A DNA stretch of 64,000 bases from Octopus sinensis (taxonomy: Eukaryota): NCBI RefSeq assembly GCF_006345805.1, contig NC_043000.1, positions 85,064,001-85,128,000 of the forward strand, in the 5' to 3' direction. Position 1 is the stretch's first letter. Each line of letters begins with the position of its first letter. Below, in pieces: positions 26,420 to 40,468 of this stretch. The notes under the pieces are model-generated. The model searched no databases. It had not been told where the DNA came from and saw only the letters and a program-made list of their open reading frames with translations. Made by a program: the position numbers and the translations under genes.

Positions 26420-28350
26420 ACACACACACAATCACACAAATATTTTTTCCAAAACAAGTGAAACAAATTTTTTTTTTAATAAATAAACATATATTTAATC
26501 ACAGAACAATCCACAAAATCAGTAATCCGTGAAAAGCACCATTCATTAAGGCTATAGCTAACATATATATATTCTTAGTTACCTTTTCAAGTTGCCCATT
26601 CATAAACAACCTTTCTCAAAAGCAATATTTATCTAAAACCTTAAGGGAAAAGAAAAGCAACAAAAACGAAAATAGTTCCCATTACCAACCCATCACCAAA
26701 TTCCTAACAAATTAATAACACACCTTTACCTGCAATTACGAGAAATACAAACACCACATCACAAAAATAGTATAAACTACAAATGAAGAGACCAGAAACT
26801 GCACCCAATAAATAACGATTTAGTACAAGCACCAGACCACACACAAACACACGCACACACCGAAAAGGATAATGTATTATAATAGATCTCGCCAGAAGAA
26901 ACGAGAGACAATCAATTTCAGCTTCAATAAATAAAACTCATCGCCTTCAGCGTGTATTGAGCATTCCTCTGTCACTTGACCGACTCAAACCAACGTGCAT
27001 ATATGTGTATATCTCTGTGTGTGCAAGTGCTCGTGTATGTATGTGTGTGGGCGTGAATTCTCTGTTCTAAAATGTCCAGTGAACATCGTAGAACACAGTT
27101 TAGTGAGAAATTTTTACAAAAGTGAAGAATAAAATTACGGCTATTTAGTCAAGATTTGTTTTGGCTTCCGATAATTTAGAATACCTTAGGTTGGAATTGA
27201 CGGTACCGTTGTTGGTAACAATTGAATTAACTTTGCCAAAATTCAGATTTTGAGAAAACACAAGATTTAAAAAGTAAAAGGAAAAACAAACACGACATTA
27301 ACAACAGATATTGAGAATCATACTACTACTACTACTGTCATAGTCACAAGGGCTGGGAAAATAAATCGTTTAAGGATTTAATGAATATTTATAAGTGTAT
27401 GAAAAGTATAGGACAAAAACAATAAACAGTATTGAAAAATGATAACGCGTATGGTGAACGCGTGAGAGAGTGAGAAAAACAATGAATAAAAGCAATACGG
27501 TATATAAAAATATAAATATATGGATAAAGCAATCACAAAAGCAAAAATCAAAGTGGAGGTAATAAAGACGCATACACCCATAGATTTCTTGCTTTTTTTA
27601 AATATTGATTTCTTACGTGATTCATACATATGTGCGTGCACGTGTGTGTGTGACAGAGAGTATGTGTGTGTATGTGTGTGTGTGTGCGAGCGCGAGTTTG
27701 TGTGTCTGTTTGTGTGTCTGTTTGTGTGTGTTTGTGTGTGTGTGTTTGTGTATGTGTGTGTATGTGTTTGTGTATGTGTGTGTGTGTTTGTTTGTGTGTG
27801 TTTGTGTGCGTATGTTCGTGTGTGTGTTTGTGTGTGCGTGCGTACCTGTATGTGTGTGTAATCGTGTGCGTGTGTGTACAAATACTACATTTAGGTAGTT
27901 AGAATAACAACGTGAAAAAAAGAAACAAAACAACCGAATCAATAAACAAAAGGTGTGAGAAACGCGATATTTATAATGATGCTGGAAAGAAAATATTCTA
28001 TAGAAACGGTGGAAGGCTATGAAGAGAATGGTAACTGTAACCGTATGACAATCAAAAGATGGAAGAAAAAAGACGATGACGAAAATATATTTTGATGTAA
28101 AGAATTGCTTTCTTTTGTTTTATTGTACCCTGAAGTATCGTATATTTTGGTGGTGATGGTGTGGTACCGTTGAAGTCTAAGAATTTGATGTACGTATATA
28201 TATGCATGTATACGTATCATCCAGCGTTCGAGAATTCATTTATTTTCTGTAAAATATCGACTCACTCGGCACTTATGAGTTTGTTTACAAAATGGTCTCA
28301 CATTCCAAAAAGCTACTGTTTACCAATCTAAAAAGACGGTAATTGTTGTC

Positions 28351-28435
28351 ATGGGTCTCTTAGCTTAATGGCATAGAGAGCTCAGCCGGAATTTGAGAGG
28401 TACAGCGCTCGATTCTCTGTAGAGACTTGCTGGCC
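28351..28435 (+). other. Degenerate tRNA-like sequence (second copy of the 4513-4600 element)
   Basis: gggtctcttagcttaatggcatagagagctcagccggaatttgagaggtacagcgctcgattc. Confidence 0.5.
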
Positions 28436-30211
28436 ACTTTTCCCCCGTCTTATAAAAGGTATTTACCCGATTTTCTAAGCTGTCTTTACAGCCATCTTGC
28501 GTTCGAGAATTCCTTTATTTTTCTGTAAAATACTCAATCAGCGCTTATAAGTTTGTTTACAATATATATACGTACATATATTGGATCTTCGTTAAACTGG
28601 ATATCGGATCTTCGTTAAACTGGATATCGGATAAATCAGGCAAAATCTAAGTTGAGGGAATGGTTATCGACCTTGTTTTCCGCCGCCATCCTTTAATATC
28701 AATGCTGGGAGGGAGAATATTGTGGGTGTGCTGAGTGAGCACTGCATACTCATTGGATTTAGTTACATTATAAATATGTTCACTCAATCGCATAATATAC
28801 AACCTCATACATCCCTACATAAAAATATTACTTTTTCTTTTTTAACACTCTGTACTCGCCCTAATTCACCTCTTAATATTCACTCCTACCTTCACTGCTT
28901 CATTTTATCCTAAATTTAACCTGTTAATCATCTTTCATAATCGCTCTTACACTTCCCTCTAATAAGCACTATGTTTTCATGATGACAAGTTGTCTCTACA
29001 CATTCATTGAAAATTTATTCACTGAAATTTAATTTCTTAATAAATAATTTTGTTCATACTGTATCAATAAATAATCGGAACGTAATAACTTACTGAAAAA
29101 AAAATAAAGCCAACTCAAAATAGTTTGAAGTTTGTATATTTTATATTTGACTGAAACTTATACTAGATAGTAGGTTCAGTGTCATAGTGCACAATGTGAA
29201 TAACTCACAGGATCTTAAACACTAACATAACACAGCACAACTTGTGTTGCCCTGCCTGCAAATTTCGTCGATATTTCAGAAATTAGGAACCCACCCAGCC
29301 TTGTATTTAAATCACGGCTTCCCGAAAGATTATAATAATGATAATCTAAAGCATGTGATACTATTTGTAAACAAGAAAGTATAACTAACTCTAATGGTGT
29401 AGCAGTGATGAGTGTTTGTGAAGAGTAGTGTGTTAAAAAAAGAAACGGTTTCAGACATTCGTAACGCTAAAGACGAACTCACTACATTTTTTTAAAATAC
29501 AAATCTGATTCAGTTTCTCAATCATCGTTTATCAATGAAAATAAACGTATGACAGCAGCAAATCTTTGCTTGGCAGTGATCAAGTAGTTTACCTACCAAC
29601 AATCCTTTCGTAGTAGCATTTTCTGTGGTGCAGAAATTCAATGGACTGTTGCCTAGCTAGATATATGAGTGTTAAGAATTTTGAAATTAGTGACAAGTGT
29701 TTATAAAGATTTAGAAATTGCAATGAAATGGGTGACAGAACAGCCTATCGATGAATTACAAATAGGTTACAAAACCAATTACAAATAGGTTGAATAACTG
29801 AGAAGGGCTTCTAATTTCCCAAGTATAATGAAGATAAAAACAGGGTGTAATGGCGGTCACAATCGCAAAATATTAAATCTTTTAAGAATGCCAGGTCGCA
29901 GATTATCAAGGAATGTTTTCCAGCGTTGTTTTGCGTGGGCGCAGATGTTATGCATTTTTAAAAGTTAGTAATGGTAGAAAAGTTAGTTGTAAGATTTGAA
30001 AAACTTAATGCACCAACTACACGTACGTTATTACCATTCCAAGAAATTTGATTTCAGCATACGCTTTTTAATGATGGCTTTGTTTTTTGTCTCACATTTC
30101 AGGCCTGCAGCGTGGAAATACCAGGTAGAAGTAGCCAGACTGTCTGTTGATGAGGGGGGAAATGTTTCTAATACCGAAATCAAATTTAAATTCTCACACA
30201 CACATACATAT

Positions 30212-30420
30212 TGGTTTCAAATTTTGGTATAAGGTCAGCAAGTACAGAGGAGGGCCTAAGTCGACTACATCGATCCCAATGCTCAACTGGTACTTATTTC
30301 ATCGACCCCAAAAGGGTGAAAGGCAAAGTGACTTCGGCAGAATTTGAATTCAGAACGTAGAGACGGTCGAAATATCGTTAAGCATGTTGCCCGGCGCAGT
30401 ACGATTCTACCAGCTCGCCA
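30212..30420 (-). mobile_element. SINE family B
   Basis: Family B consensus on the minus strand. Confidence 0.85.
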
Positions 30421-30864
30421 TTTTATATATAAGTGGCGACATTCCACATACTTACTTCCAAGTTCACGCCGCAATATATCGTTTGACAGTTGCAAAGACC
30501 ACGCTCAGAGGCATTGGAAGCAATGGAGAAAGTAGGTTTACAAACACAATATGAGGAAAAAGACGATATGGTATAACTGGAATACTTTTGATCATGGATC
30601 TGCTTCATAAAAGTTGATCTGGACTTAAAATGCAACAACAATACGATCGAACTAATAAAAGAGTCAGTGTGGAAGCGATCTATTTGAAATAACAACCAAA
30701 TCTTCCTCATGTTACACTTAATCTTTAGAAAATGTATAGTACACAGTAAATAATGTAGAGATACACTATATATGAAAGTAAAGCAAGAGCCCAAGAGCTT
30801 GTGTGACACAACAATTCGACCTGTCACTTCACTTCTTAACTGGTCTTAAAAAGCAAGCATGCAA

Positions 30865-31010
30865 TCCCAGTCGATAAACCCATACATACCGAGCCCAAAA
30901 TGATGAAAGGCAAAGTTGACCTCGACGAAATTTGAACTCAGAAGTAAAGAGCGAGAACATATACTACAAAACAAATTTTCCGACGCTCTAACAATTGTGC
31001 CAGCTTACCA
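30865..31010 (-). mobile_element. SINE family B, degenerate
   Basis: gatgaaaggcaaagttgacctcgacgaaatttgaactcagaa. Confidence 0.7.
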
Positions 31011-31039
31011 CCTAAATAGTAGTTATTATCCCGGTTCGC

Positions 31040-31395
31040 TTCAGTTTTTATGTTCATTTAGGATATCTATGTCATGTCTCAGCTCCTTTCCGCAGCTAAG
31101 AGATGCAACATTTCTCACAACAAATACGTTGTCCGGAGTATGGCCGCCACCTGTGTACATCCAATATGTGTTAGTGCCAAATCTCATGCAAAGTTTTTGT
31201 GTTCTTTGAGACGGCTCTGAGCGCACAAGTCGCAATGGGTATCGCACACGCTCTTGAGACTCTGGGAATACACTCCAATTCAAATATCAAGCGCTGATAC
31301 TTTTCGGTTTTCTTATTGTCTGACTTCACAATGTTCTGGTCTGCGTATTTTACAGTAGCTCTAACGAAAATACGAAATTTCAACAAGGTAGACAT
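31040..31395 (-). mobile_element. R4/Dong-like LINE C-terminal fragment, degenerate
   Basis: DQNIVKSDNKKTEKYQRLIFELE...AIPIATCALRAVSK resembles the I...E.EK..KY..L..EL...VPI.IGALG segment. Confidence 0.5.
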
Positions 31396-32562
31396 ATAAT
31401 AAACGGAAAGGAAAATAATCCTGATCTAAAAGTGACTTTAGATTTCAACAAATGGATTAATTTAAGATGCATTCTCCAAACAAAAATAGATGAGAAAAAA
31501 ACAGAACATAAAATAAAAAAATACAATACAATCAGCAAACAAAAACAAACAACAAAAATAAATATTTCGTGAATAAAAGCATTAACTTACAAACATTGGA
31601 AATGTAAACCATGAGCATGAAGTTAGAAAATCTGAAAGAAAAGAAATATTAAAACAAATGTGAAACAAATGAAAATTATGAAACAATAAAATCAAGCTCC
31701 AGTCACAGAACAATGATGACCAATAAAAGCTAAACCAGAACAATACAAATGAAAAGATGAGGAATATTTTAAAATATTAAATTCATTGGAAATTTTTGAT
31801 ATGATAATGGTCTAGATGTGGAAATAGTTAAAGAATCAGAATCGATAGATCTTGCAGTGTATCAAGGAAGGTCTCTCCAAAAGATAAAAAGCTACGACCA
31901 AAATTACAGGTGATTAACAAAATTGCAATTTCCAAATTTCATTTCCTTGAAAAAATACCAAAGAAATATAACAGCAGATTTCGTGCTTCTGCAAGAAACC
32001 AATATCTATAAATGTATAAAATGTTTGTGCATCTATGAGAATCTACAATTGTTTATTATATATCGATCGATATCGATTTTGTTTACTTCTTTTCTTGTAT
32101 TCGACTGGTTTTCTAGCTCTAGATGACACCAAGTTTCGGTTATTGGTTTATAAGAAAGACTGTATCTCCGTTAGATTGATAACTTAGACGTAAAAAAAAA
32201 TGCAGTTGCTCTCTTTCTTTCTGTATCTGTCTTTCTCTTTTGATGTCACATGGAATATATTCTTATCCTAAACTGTATTACATAGTGTTTTGATTGATTA
32301 ACTAAATGTCCATAATTTCTTCCAAGTATTTTTTGTCTTTTTTTTTTGCCTCCTATACTCCCTAGATTGTCTCTGCTGTAGTCTCCAACACTGTATTCCT
32401 AAAGATTTCATTATTCATTGCAGTATAAAAAACAGATTTACGATAATGTTTCTTACATAACGGTAGTCGACAGCAAGTACAAACACTAAAGAGTGGTAGT
32501 AAAATCCTGGTAGTAAACTGAGGCGTGGGATCGATTTCTAGGTGAGATATTTCATTTAACTG

Positions 32563-32877
32563 GCACTTCGTCGGTTTCGACGATGAGGATTCCAGTTGAT
32601 CCAATCAACAGAACGGTTTGCTCGTGAAATTAACGTGCAACGGATGAGCGCTTCACAGACACGCTTACCCCTAACGTAATTCTAGGGGAAACTCAGCATG
32701 ACAGAATGTGACAATGCTGGACCTTTGAATTACAGGTGCAATTCATTTTTGCCAACTGAGTGGATTGGAGTAACGTGAAATAAAGTGTTTTGCTCAAGGA
32801 CACAACACGCAGCCGGGAATTGAATTAACGACCGTACGATTGTGAGCAAAATGTCCCTATCCACTAAGCCACACGCC
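32563..32877 (-). mobile_element. tRNA-derived SINE family C
   Basis: Shares the tail (cacgagca..ctgttc.gttgatt.ggatcaac.ggaa.cctcatcgtcg) with the 33122 copy; tRNA-like head. Confidence 0.8.
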
Positions 32878-33121
32878 TGCATGATATTTCATTTAAGCTA
32901 ACATAAGAAGACAATATTTTCTCTGATAAACTTTCTTGTGTATTTACATATTTTATTGCTTTTCTGCATCGATGAATAATTCATTTATATATCTATATTT
33001 ACATATTTTATCACGTAATTCAGTGTAGAACTAACGAAGAAGGTCACGAGTTCAACTCCATTTGCGACGAAAATTCACACCAACGTTTACTATTCCTCTT
33101 ATATAATATATATCGTCGTGT

Positions 33122-33507
33122 GGAGGCGCAATGGCCCAGTGGTTAGGGAAGCGGACTCGCGGTCATAGGATTGCGGTTTCGATTCCCAGACCGGGCGTTG
33201 TGAGTGTTTATTGAGCGAAAACACCTAAAAAAAGCTCAACGAGGCTCCGGCAGGGGATGGTGGCGATCCCTGCTGTACTCTTTCACCACAACTTTCTCTC
33301 ACTCTTACTTCCTGTTTCTGTTGTACCTGTATTTCAAAGGGCCGGCCTTGTCACTCTCTGTGTCACGCTGAATATCCCCGAGAACTACGTTAAGGGTGCA
33401 CGTGTCTGTGGAGTGCTCAGCTACTTACACGTTAATTTCACGAGCAGGCTGTTCCGTTGATTCGGATCAACCGGAACCCTCATCGTCGTAACCGACGGAG
33501 TGCTTCC
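33122..33507 (+). mobile_element. tRNA-derived SINE family C, full length
   Basis: GGCGCAATGGCCCAGTGGTTAGGG...GGTTTCGATTCCC head with A and B boxes, followed by body and tail. Confidence 0.85.
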
Positions 33508-33916
33508 TTTTTTTATACTTCGTCGTGTACGTTGTGTGGGTGTACCAAAAGTAGAAGTAATTTGAGGTTGTACCTAGAAAAAAGTGATGAAGAAGGAAAT
33601 CTGATTGAAAACAAATAAAGTTCAGCTTAAACATGAAACTGTATACATCGTGTAAGAACTGCTAAGGATATGTCATTCCAATTATGTTCACGAAAAATAC
33701 TTAATGAAGGACTATCCAAGTTATGTACAGTAATATATGATGTGCTGTATAATACATATGTGCAATGTTTGAAATATTGTTACATATGTGTATGGTAAGT
33801 ATGTATATTTTACTATATGAAAATTGTAATATATATACGGAAACTCTTTTATATTAGCCGTAGAAAATATAAGATGTAATGTTGTGATGCTGTAATAGTT
33901 ATATCTATATATAAAG

Positions 33917-34001
<85 letters not shown>

Positions 34002-34029
34002 CATGTCATAATGATATATTATGTATAAA

Positions 34030-34233
34030 GTGGCGAGCTGACAGAATCTTTAGCACACCGGACAAAATGCTTAGCAGCATTTCGTTCGTTTTTACGTTCT
34101 GAGTTCAAGTACTCTTAGATTGTTCATCCTTACAAGATTGATACAATAAGTGGCAGTTGAGTACTGAGGTCGATGTAATCGACTTGCCTTCTCCTCCGAA
34201 ATTGCTGGCCTTGAGTCAAAATTTGAAACCGAT
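34030..34233 (+). mobile_element. SINE family B
   Basis: gtggcgagctgacagaatctttagcac...gttctgagttcaa; tail present. Confidence 0.75.
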
Positions 34234-34289
34234 ATATTATGTAGGTTTTGAATGCATGCTACATTGGTTATTGACAAAATATACAACTA

Positions 34290-34436
34290 GGCGCGGACGT
34301 GGCTGTGTGGTGAGACGCTTGCTTCCCAACCACATGGTTCTGGTTCAGCCCCACTACGTGGTACTTTGAGCAAGTGTCTTCTACTATAGCCTCGGGCCGA
34401 CTAAAGCTTTGTAGGTGGATTTGGTAGACGGAAAGT
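34290..34436 (+). mobile_element. SINE family A, 5' half
   Basis: ggcgcggacgtggctgtgtgg...ggatttggtagacggaaa. Confidence 0.8.
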
Positions 34437-34486
34437 CTATATATATATATATATATATATAATGTATATATATGTATGTGTGTGTG

Positions 34487-34890
34487 TGGCTGTGTAGTAA
34501 GAAGTTGGTTTCCCACCCACATGGTTCCGGGTTCAGTCCCACTGCGTGGCACCTTGGACAAGTGTCTTCTACTATAGCCTCGGGCAGACCAAAGCCTTGT
34601 AAGTGGATTTGGTAGATGGAAAGAAGCCCTTCGTGTATGTATGTATGTATGTATGTATGTATGTATGTATGTATGTATTTCTGTGTCTGTGTTTGTCATC
34701 CCTCATTCGCTTGACAACCGATGTGGGTGTGTTTGCGTCCGCGTAACTTAGCTGTTCAGCAAGAGACTGATAGAATAAGTTCTAGGCTTACAAGGAATAA
34801 GTCCTAGGACCGATTTGTTCGGCTAAAGACGGTGTTCCAGCATGGCCACAATCAAATGACTGAAACAAGTAAAAGCAAATAAAAGAAAGA
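34487..34890 (+). mobile_element. SINE family A with internal (TATG)n
   Basis: Head to tail, with the internal tract replaced by (TATG)n. Confidence 0.85.
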
Positions 34891-34903
34891 AATGTGTGTG
34901 TGT

Positions 34904-34998
<95 letters not shown>

Positions 34999-35004
34999 GC
35001 CGAT

Positions 35005-35187
35005 AACCATTTGACAACCGGTGCTGATTTGTCCCCGTAACTTAGCGGTTTGGCCATGAGAGATTGATAGAATAAGTACCAGGCTTTAAAATAATAGCAA
35101 CTATGGTTGATTCATTCGACTAAAAATCTTTCAAGGTACTACCCCAGCATGGCCGCAGTCTAATGAGTGAAACAGATAAAAGATAAA
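35005..35187 (+). mobile_element. SINE family A, 3' part
   Basis: tgacaaccggtg...gatagaataagtaccaggc...cagcatggccgcagtc. Confidence 0.75.
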
Positions 35188-35637
35188 ACTTTTGGTAAAT
35201 GAAATTTGATCAGAGCCTAGCCTGGCAATATATGAAGTGTTGTAACAAGTCCATATGAAATATATAGAATGTAGGTTATGTTGATATATTTATGAATTGT
35301 CAGTTTCATTTTTTTCTTTTGAAATGCCATCATTTTTGACAACACTAATATACTAGTGTACACATAAATATTTCATAATTATTGCTTTAGGACAAATGCC
35401 AAGTTATATATTCAACTCTCCCTCTAGCTATGATACTGAAAAGAGAACGGAGTGCGTGTTTCTTTATACCTAGATCAATAAATTGCTACTCACTATTTTG
35501 TGCTTCGTAAATAAGAAACGTGTATTTATAATAAAGAATAACTATGTGAGTCCATCCACATGAAAAATATAAGCTAATGTTAACATTTTAAAGTTAACAG
35601 TAACTTATATAACACACAAACATAGACACACACACAC

Positions 35638-36197
<560 letters not shown>

Positions 36198-36401
36198 TTG
36201 ACACTAAGTATGGAAAGGTAACAAAAACATTATTAGTGGATGACTTGGTGGCGATAAAAATAACTGATAACAGATTTAAGTGAAATATGATGGAATGGCA
36301 ATGAAAGAACTGATGGCAATAAAATATGATGAGATGACAATAAAGGAACCAATAAGAAGAAATTAAATGGACCGGTAGTAATAAAAAACCTGATGAAATA
36401 T

Positions 36402-36606
36402 TGGTTTCAAATTTTGGTACAAGGCCAGCAATTTTGGGGGAGGGAGTAAGTTGATTACATCGATTTCAGCACTCAACTGGTATTTTTTTATCGAAAGAAC
36501 GGAAGGCAAAATTCGACCTCGCTGTAATTTGAACTCAGAAAGTAAAGACGGACGAAATGACGCTAAGCATCTTGCCTGGCGTGCTAACGATTCTGCCAGC
36601 TCGCTG
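36402..36606 (-). mobile_element. SINE family B
   Basis: Family B consensus. Confidence 0.85.
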
Positions 36607-38441
36607 CTTTGTAGAATCAATGAAATTTAAAATGAAGAAATTTGATTAGGTTACATTTTGCAGGAAAACAGTGGGGAAAGATCTTGTTTCATAATTCGGC
36701 TGTTCAAAAGAAAAGCTTTATGCTTGGAACTTGCAGCGAGTCTATGAGATATCTAAGAAGTACAGACTTGCTAAATTTGGCAAGCGAATTTCTAATGCAA
36801 ATTCTGAAACTAATGGAACCAGAAAATGAAGCTCCCATATGGCAACAATGGTAGAAAAGGCGAGATTTGAGACATTCCTTCGATGAAAGAGTAGTTGGAG
36901 TAATGAAAAGAACTCATCACTAACTAGGTTACACAGAAAATTATGCACACTTTCGAGAGTGAGCAGTGAGACATTGTCCGAATATGTAAGCAGCATTCCG
37001 TTTTAGAATGTGTCTAGCTCATATGAATATACAACATGAAACATTTTGAACAGTAGAGCTAGTGATATATTCTAACTGTCACCGAGGTAACGGGAGTACT
37101 GTAGGAGACTCTCAAATCAGCGAGAAATTTAAAATCTAAGCATATATCGAAACACAGAAATTCATCAAAAGTAGTCCTATTCAATGAATTAGGAGAAAGG
37201 TCAGGACATTATGTGAAGATGGTGAAAAGATATTAGGTTGGTGTGATCCAAACATTCACTTCTACAAACATTGCAGAATACCACTTAAATCACTGAAAAG
37301 ATCTGAAACTAATCAAAATGTGTGTCGTTCTGAGATGTGAGGCTGTAAAGAATGGCCTCAGCAAATATGTCATCAAAGGATGTTATTAATTTATTAGATA
37401 AATCATCTAAAACAACACGAAGAGGGTAGATCCCAAGACAGATTACTTATGCCAAAATTGGTTCCATTAATATCAAAAGATTGGTCATCGGTAGTAACTT
37501 TCAAACTTCTTCCCGTCAGGATGATGGAAGAGACTCTAGCGTTATGCAAAACCTGCTTAGTTTATAAAGCAATCATGTGTTCTACACATCATCAAATAAC
37601 TCGAGCATCAAAGCCATTTACTGTGAAGTGAACTGCTTAGCCTATGAGTGATCACTGTATGCCAGCAGTGGATCTGGAAAACCAGAAGCTATATTAGTTG
37701 TCATAAAAGAGATTGGCTTTATTCAAGTGGGTAACAATCAGCCTTATTAATGAGAGATTCAAAAGCCTGCTTTGATATTCAATAGGCTAATTGATTTATT
37801 TTGAGATTGGGGAAAACAGTCAGTTCTTGAAAACTACAGACTTCTTCCATAAGTCAGGGAATCACTTTTTTAAACAACGATTGAACAATTTTGCTAGAAC
37901 TGGAGATACCAAGATGTATGTCAGGGGATAGGCCTTTCAAAACACTAACTGGGATTTCATATGAGTAAGAGTATTTGATGAATCAAGATTGTTTACAAGT
38001 TTGGAAAGCTTCTTAATTAATACTTCAAATTAATAAAACAGTGCAGATGTGGAAAACACGACAAAGAATGGTTAGTCGTTCAACGTGGAACCTGATACAA
38101 AGTTCTCTGGAAAAAGCTTGGTTTTTTGGGGGGGCCTAAGAGCGACGAAATACCTTCAAACTGGTAGGAGACTTGCTATTGGTTATTCTCCAAATTTATA
38201 TTGGTTATCCAAATTTATATTCGTTATTCTCCAAATTTTATGTAAATCTTAATTAATATTCCTTTAAACGGATTCAGCAGAGACTTTGATGGTGTTCCTT
38301 AACGCTAGTTGACATTAAGGTATTGTGGAAAAATGTTAAATTAGGGATACCCGATTCTGGTAGTATAGGTGAGGGTTACGATAAACCTATAACCATATTA
38401 GTTGATGACCGCTATTGAGAGACAAGGGCGTTGTACTAGAG

Positions 38442-38661
38442 CAGTGTCTCTTAACCATTTTACCTATGGACCCCTTTCATTCCTATTTTATTAAGATGAA
38501 CCCTCCTATTCGTTTGATATTTTAAGAAATCATATTTTTATAATTCAGTATTATTAGGAATTGTATCAAAGAAATTGTTAAAATATTTTGTGTTGTAGAA
38601 GTAAAACCAACTTATGGCAGACAAATCTTAACAACATATGGATCCCGATTGAGAACCACTG
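38442..38661. mobile_element. hAT/Charlie-like MITE
   Basis: Ends CAGTGTCTCTTAACC and reverse-complement CAGTGGTTCTCAATC; 8-bp flanks tactagag/aacaagag (6/8). Confidence 0.65.
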
Positions 38662-38756
38662 AACAAGAGAAGCCACCATACTGAGATAATACTTATTTAT
38701 GTATGGTAGTGATCATCAGTCATGGGAGTTGCACTCGCAGTACCTCCACAGGAATT

Positions 38757-38989
38757 AAGGCGGCGAGCTAGCAGAAACGTTAGCACGCCGGGCGAAATAC
38801 GTTGCTGTATTTCGTCTACCGTTACGTTCTGAGTTCAAATTCCGCCGGGGTAGACTTTGCCTTTCATCCTTTCGGGGTCGATAAATTAAGTACCAGTTAT
38901 GCACTGGGGTTGATGTTATCGACTTAATCCGTTTGTCTGTCCTTGTTTGTCCTCTCTGTGTTTAGCCCCTTGTGGGCAATAAAGAAATA
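38757..38989 (+). mobile_element. SINE family B, full length, with TSD
   Basis: Flanked by an 18-bp duplication agtacctcc(a/g)caggaatt at 38739-38756 and 38990-39007. Confidence 0.92.
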
Positions 38990-40049
38990 AGTACCTCCGC
39001 AGGAATTTTTCTCGGCTAGTTTGTAAATTATATTCCGCTGGAGTTGAATTTTCTTTCATACATCTGGGATCAGTAAAGTATGTCTTACATACTGCCATCT
39101 CAATTGATCATATCCTTCCTCTGCAACTACTGCCACCTTGTCTTGCCATTAGAAACTAATATTGCTGCGGACATTTATAAAAAAAAAACAACGAAGTTTG
39201 ATACGAGTGCAAAGAAATGTCCTACACGCAGACAGTACTATCTTTGTGTCTATTTTAACATCGGAAACCTTTTAACAGTGAGCGACAATAGATCTAAGAA
39301 ACTAATTAAGAACAATCTAAAGAGGGTTATTTTTTGTTTGTTTGTTTTTTTATATATATGAAGTTGTCGGAGGTGGAGGATAGCCTGTTGTTTCACGATT
39401 TCTATTTTTGTTATTGATTACATTCAGCTATTTATTTTTTTATGATATTACAATAGTATATGATTAAACCGTTATCAAAAGAATCAACAGTTCAAGTCAG
39501 TTTAGCAAACCGATGCCAGTGTGGAATTCAAATAATTTTCAACGGAGGAAGGGAGTACATAAAAAAAAGACGAAGCAAAAAGGGGTTATGAAAGGGTAAA
39601 GATGTCGAAGTAATTGGCAAAAACCACTATTAATAGAATTATAAAAAAAAAGTCAGTAAGAAAGAAATACAAATAAAGTAAAATAAAGAATTGAAATAAT
39701 GCTCAAAATACTTCAGCTGAAATTGAGGTTTCGAATCGAGATTAATCACATAATATGGAATTTATCAGATGAAAATGCTTTTATTTTTAAAAGAAATGTT
39801 ATTAACATTTAGTTTTATTCGTTTGTTTTCGAAACTGTTTCATTGCCTTTATACGAACTCGGTAATTTCATGTCACCAGAGAGGCTGCTACAGTATGTTT
39901 TTTTAAATACAAAAGTTAAAAAAAGTAATAAACGATCAACCGCTTACTATTCATTATTTAACTAATGAGCTGTATCTTTACTTCGTATCGTTCCAGCAAT
40001 TATTTCATTCGCTTCTCTACTTCTGAATTTACTGGTTAATCCCATTTAA

Positions 40050-40101
<52 letters not shown>

Positions 40102-40430
40102 CACATTGTAGTTTCTTTACTTTTTAACATCCCTTCGAGGACTATAATCCCTTGGAACTTTATTTTACTTTAAGCATAAAACAAAATATAACCGTACAAA
40201 TGTCATTCGCCCTACTCGTACTGCTACCGTAGAAAAGACGCACATACTGAATCAATACATACAGAAAGAGAGTGAAAGCTTAGCATTTTGATAGTTAAGC
40301 AAGATTTTTCTCATCAAAAATTGTGAAAGCATTACATTTCCTCACCGATTATACAAGCCACTAAAGTTTCACAAAACATCTACATACTTCTGTAGTCACC
40401 TAAGATTTGCAGTAACAGCAAAGCTATGCT

Positions 40431-40468
40431 TCGCTGAAGAGGTACGATAAAACTGAAACATGTCTGGT
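40431..40468 (+). ncRNA. Degenerate minimal hammerhead-like motif
   Basis: CTGAAGA-GGT(ACGATAAA)ACT-GAA-ACATGT-C: intact core, palindromic helix III, GUC site; helix I only 3 bp with wobbles. Confidence 0.45.

Larger units (their letters stand above)
24143..26935. mobile_element. Penelope-like relic bracketed by long diverged inverted arms
   Basis: About 24143-25130 (interrupted by a MITE) aligns by eye in reverse with about 26305-26935, e.g. caaaattctaaagaaat.caaactg and cacatcacaaaaata...aatgaagag.ccagaaa; GIY-YIG relic between the arms. Confidence 0.6.

Noticed and set aside
30430-30720. Possible RTE RT fragment (LEAMEKVGLQ)
   Set aside because: A single short motif; too degenerate to support
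31580-31950. Possible RTE endonuclease start (TMSMKLENL)
   Set aside because: Requires several frameshifts; unsupported
36630-38350. Microsatellite-free, coding-like stretch; hints of an RTE-type endonuclease (KIGSINI..., ...IGFIQVG) and C-terminus (RLHFAG)
   Set aside because: Only scattered short resemblances across frames; cannot be assigned without a translated search
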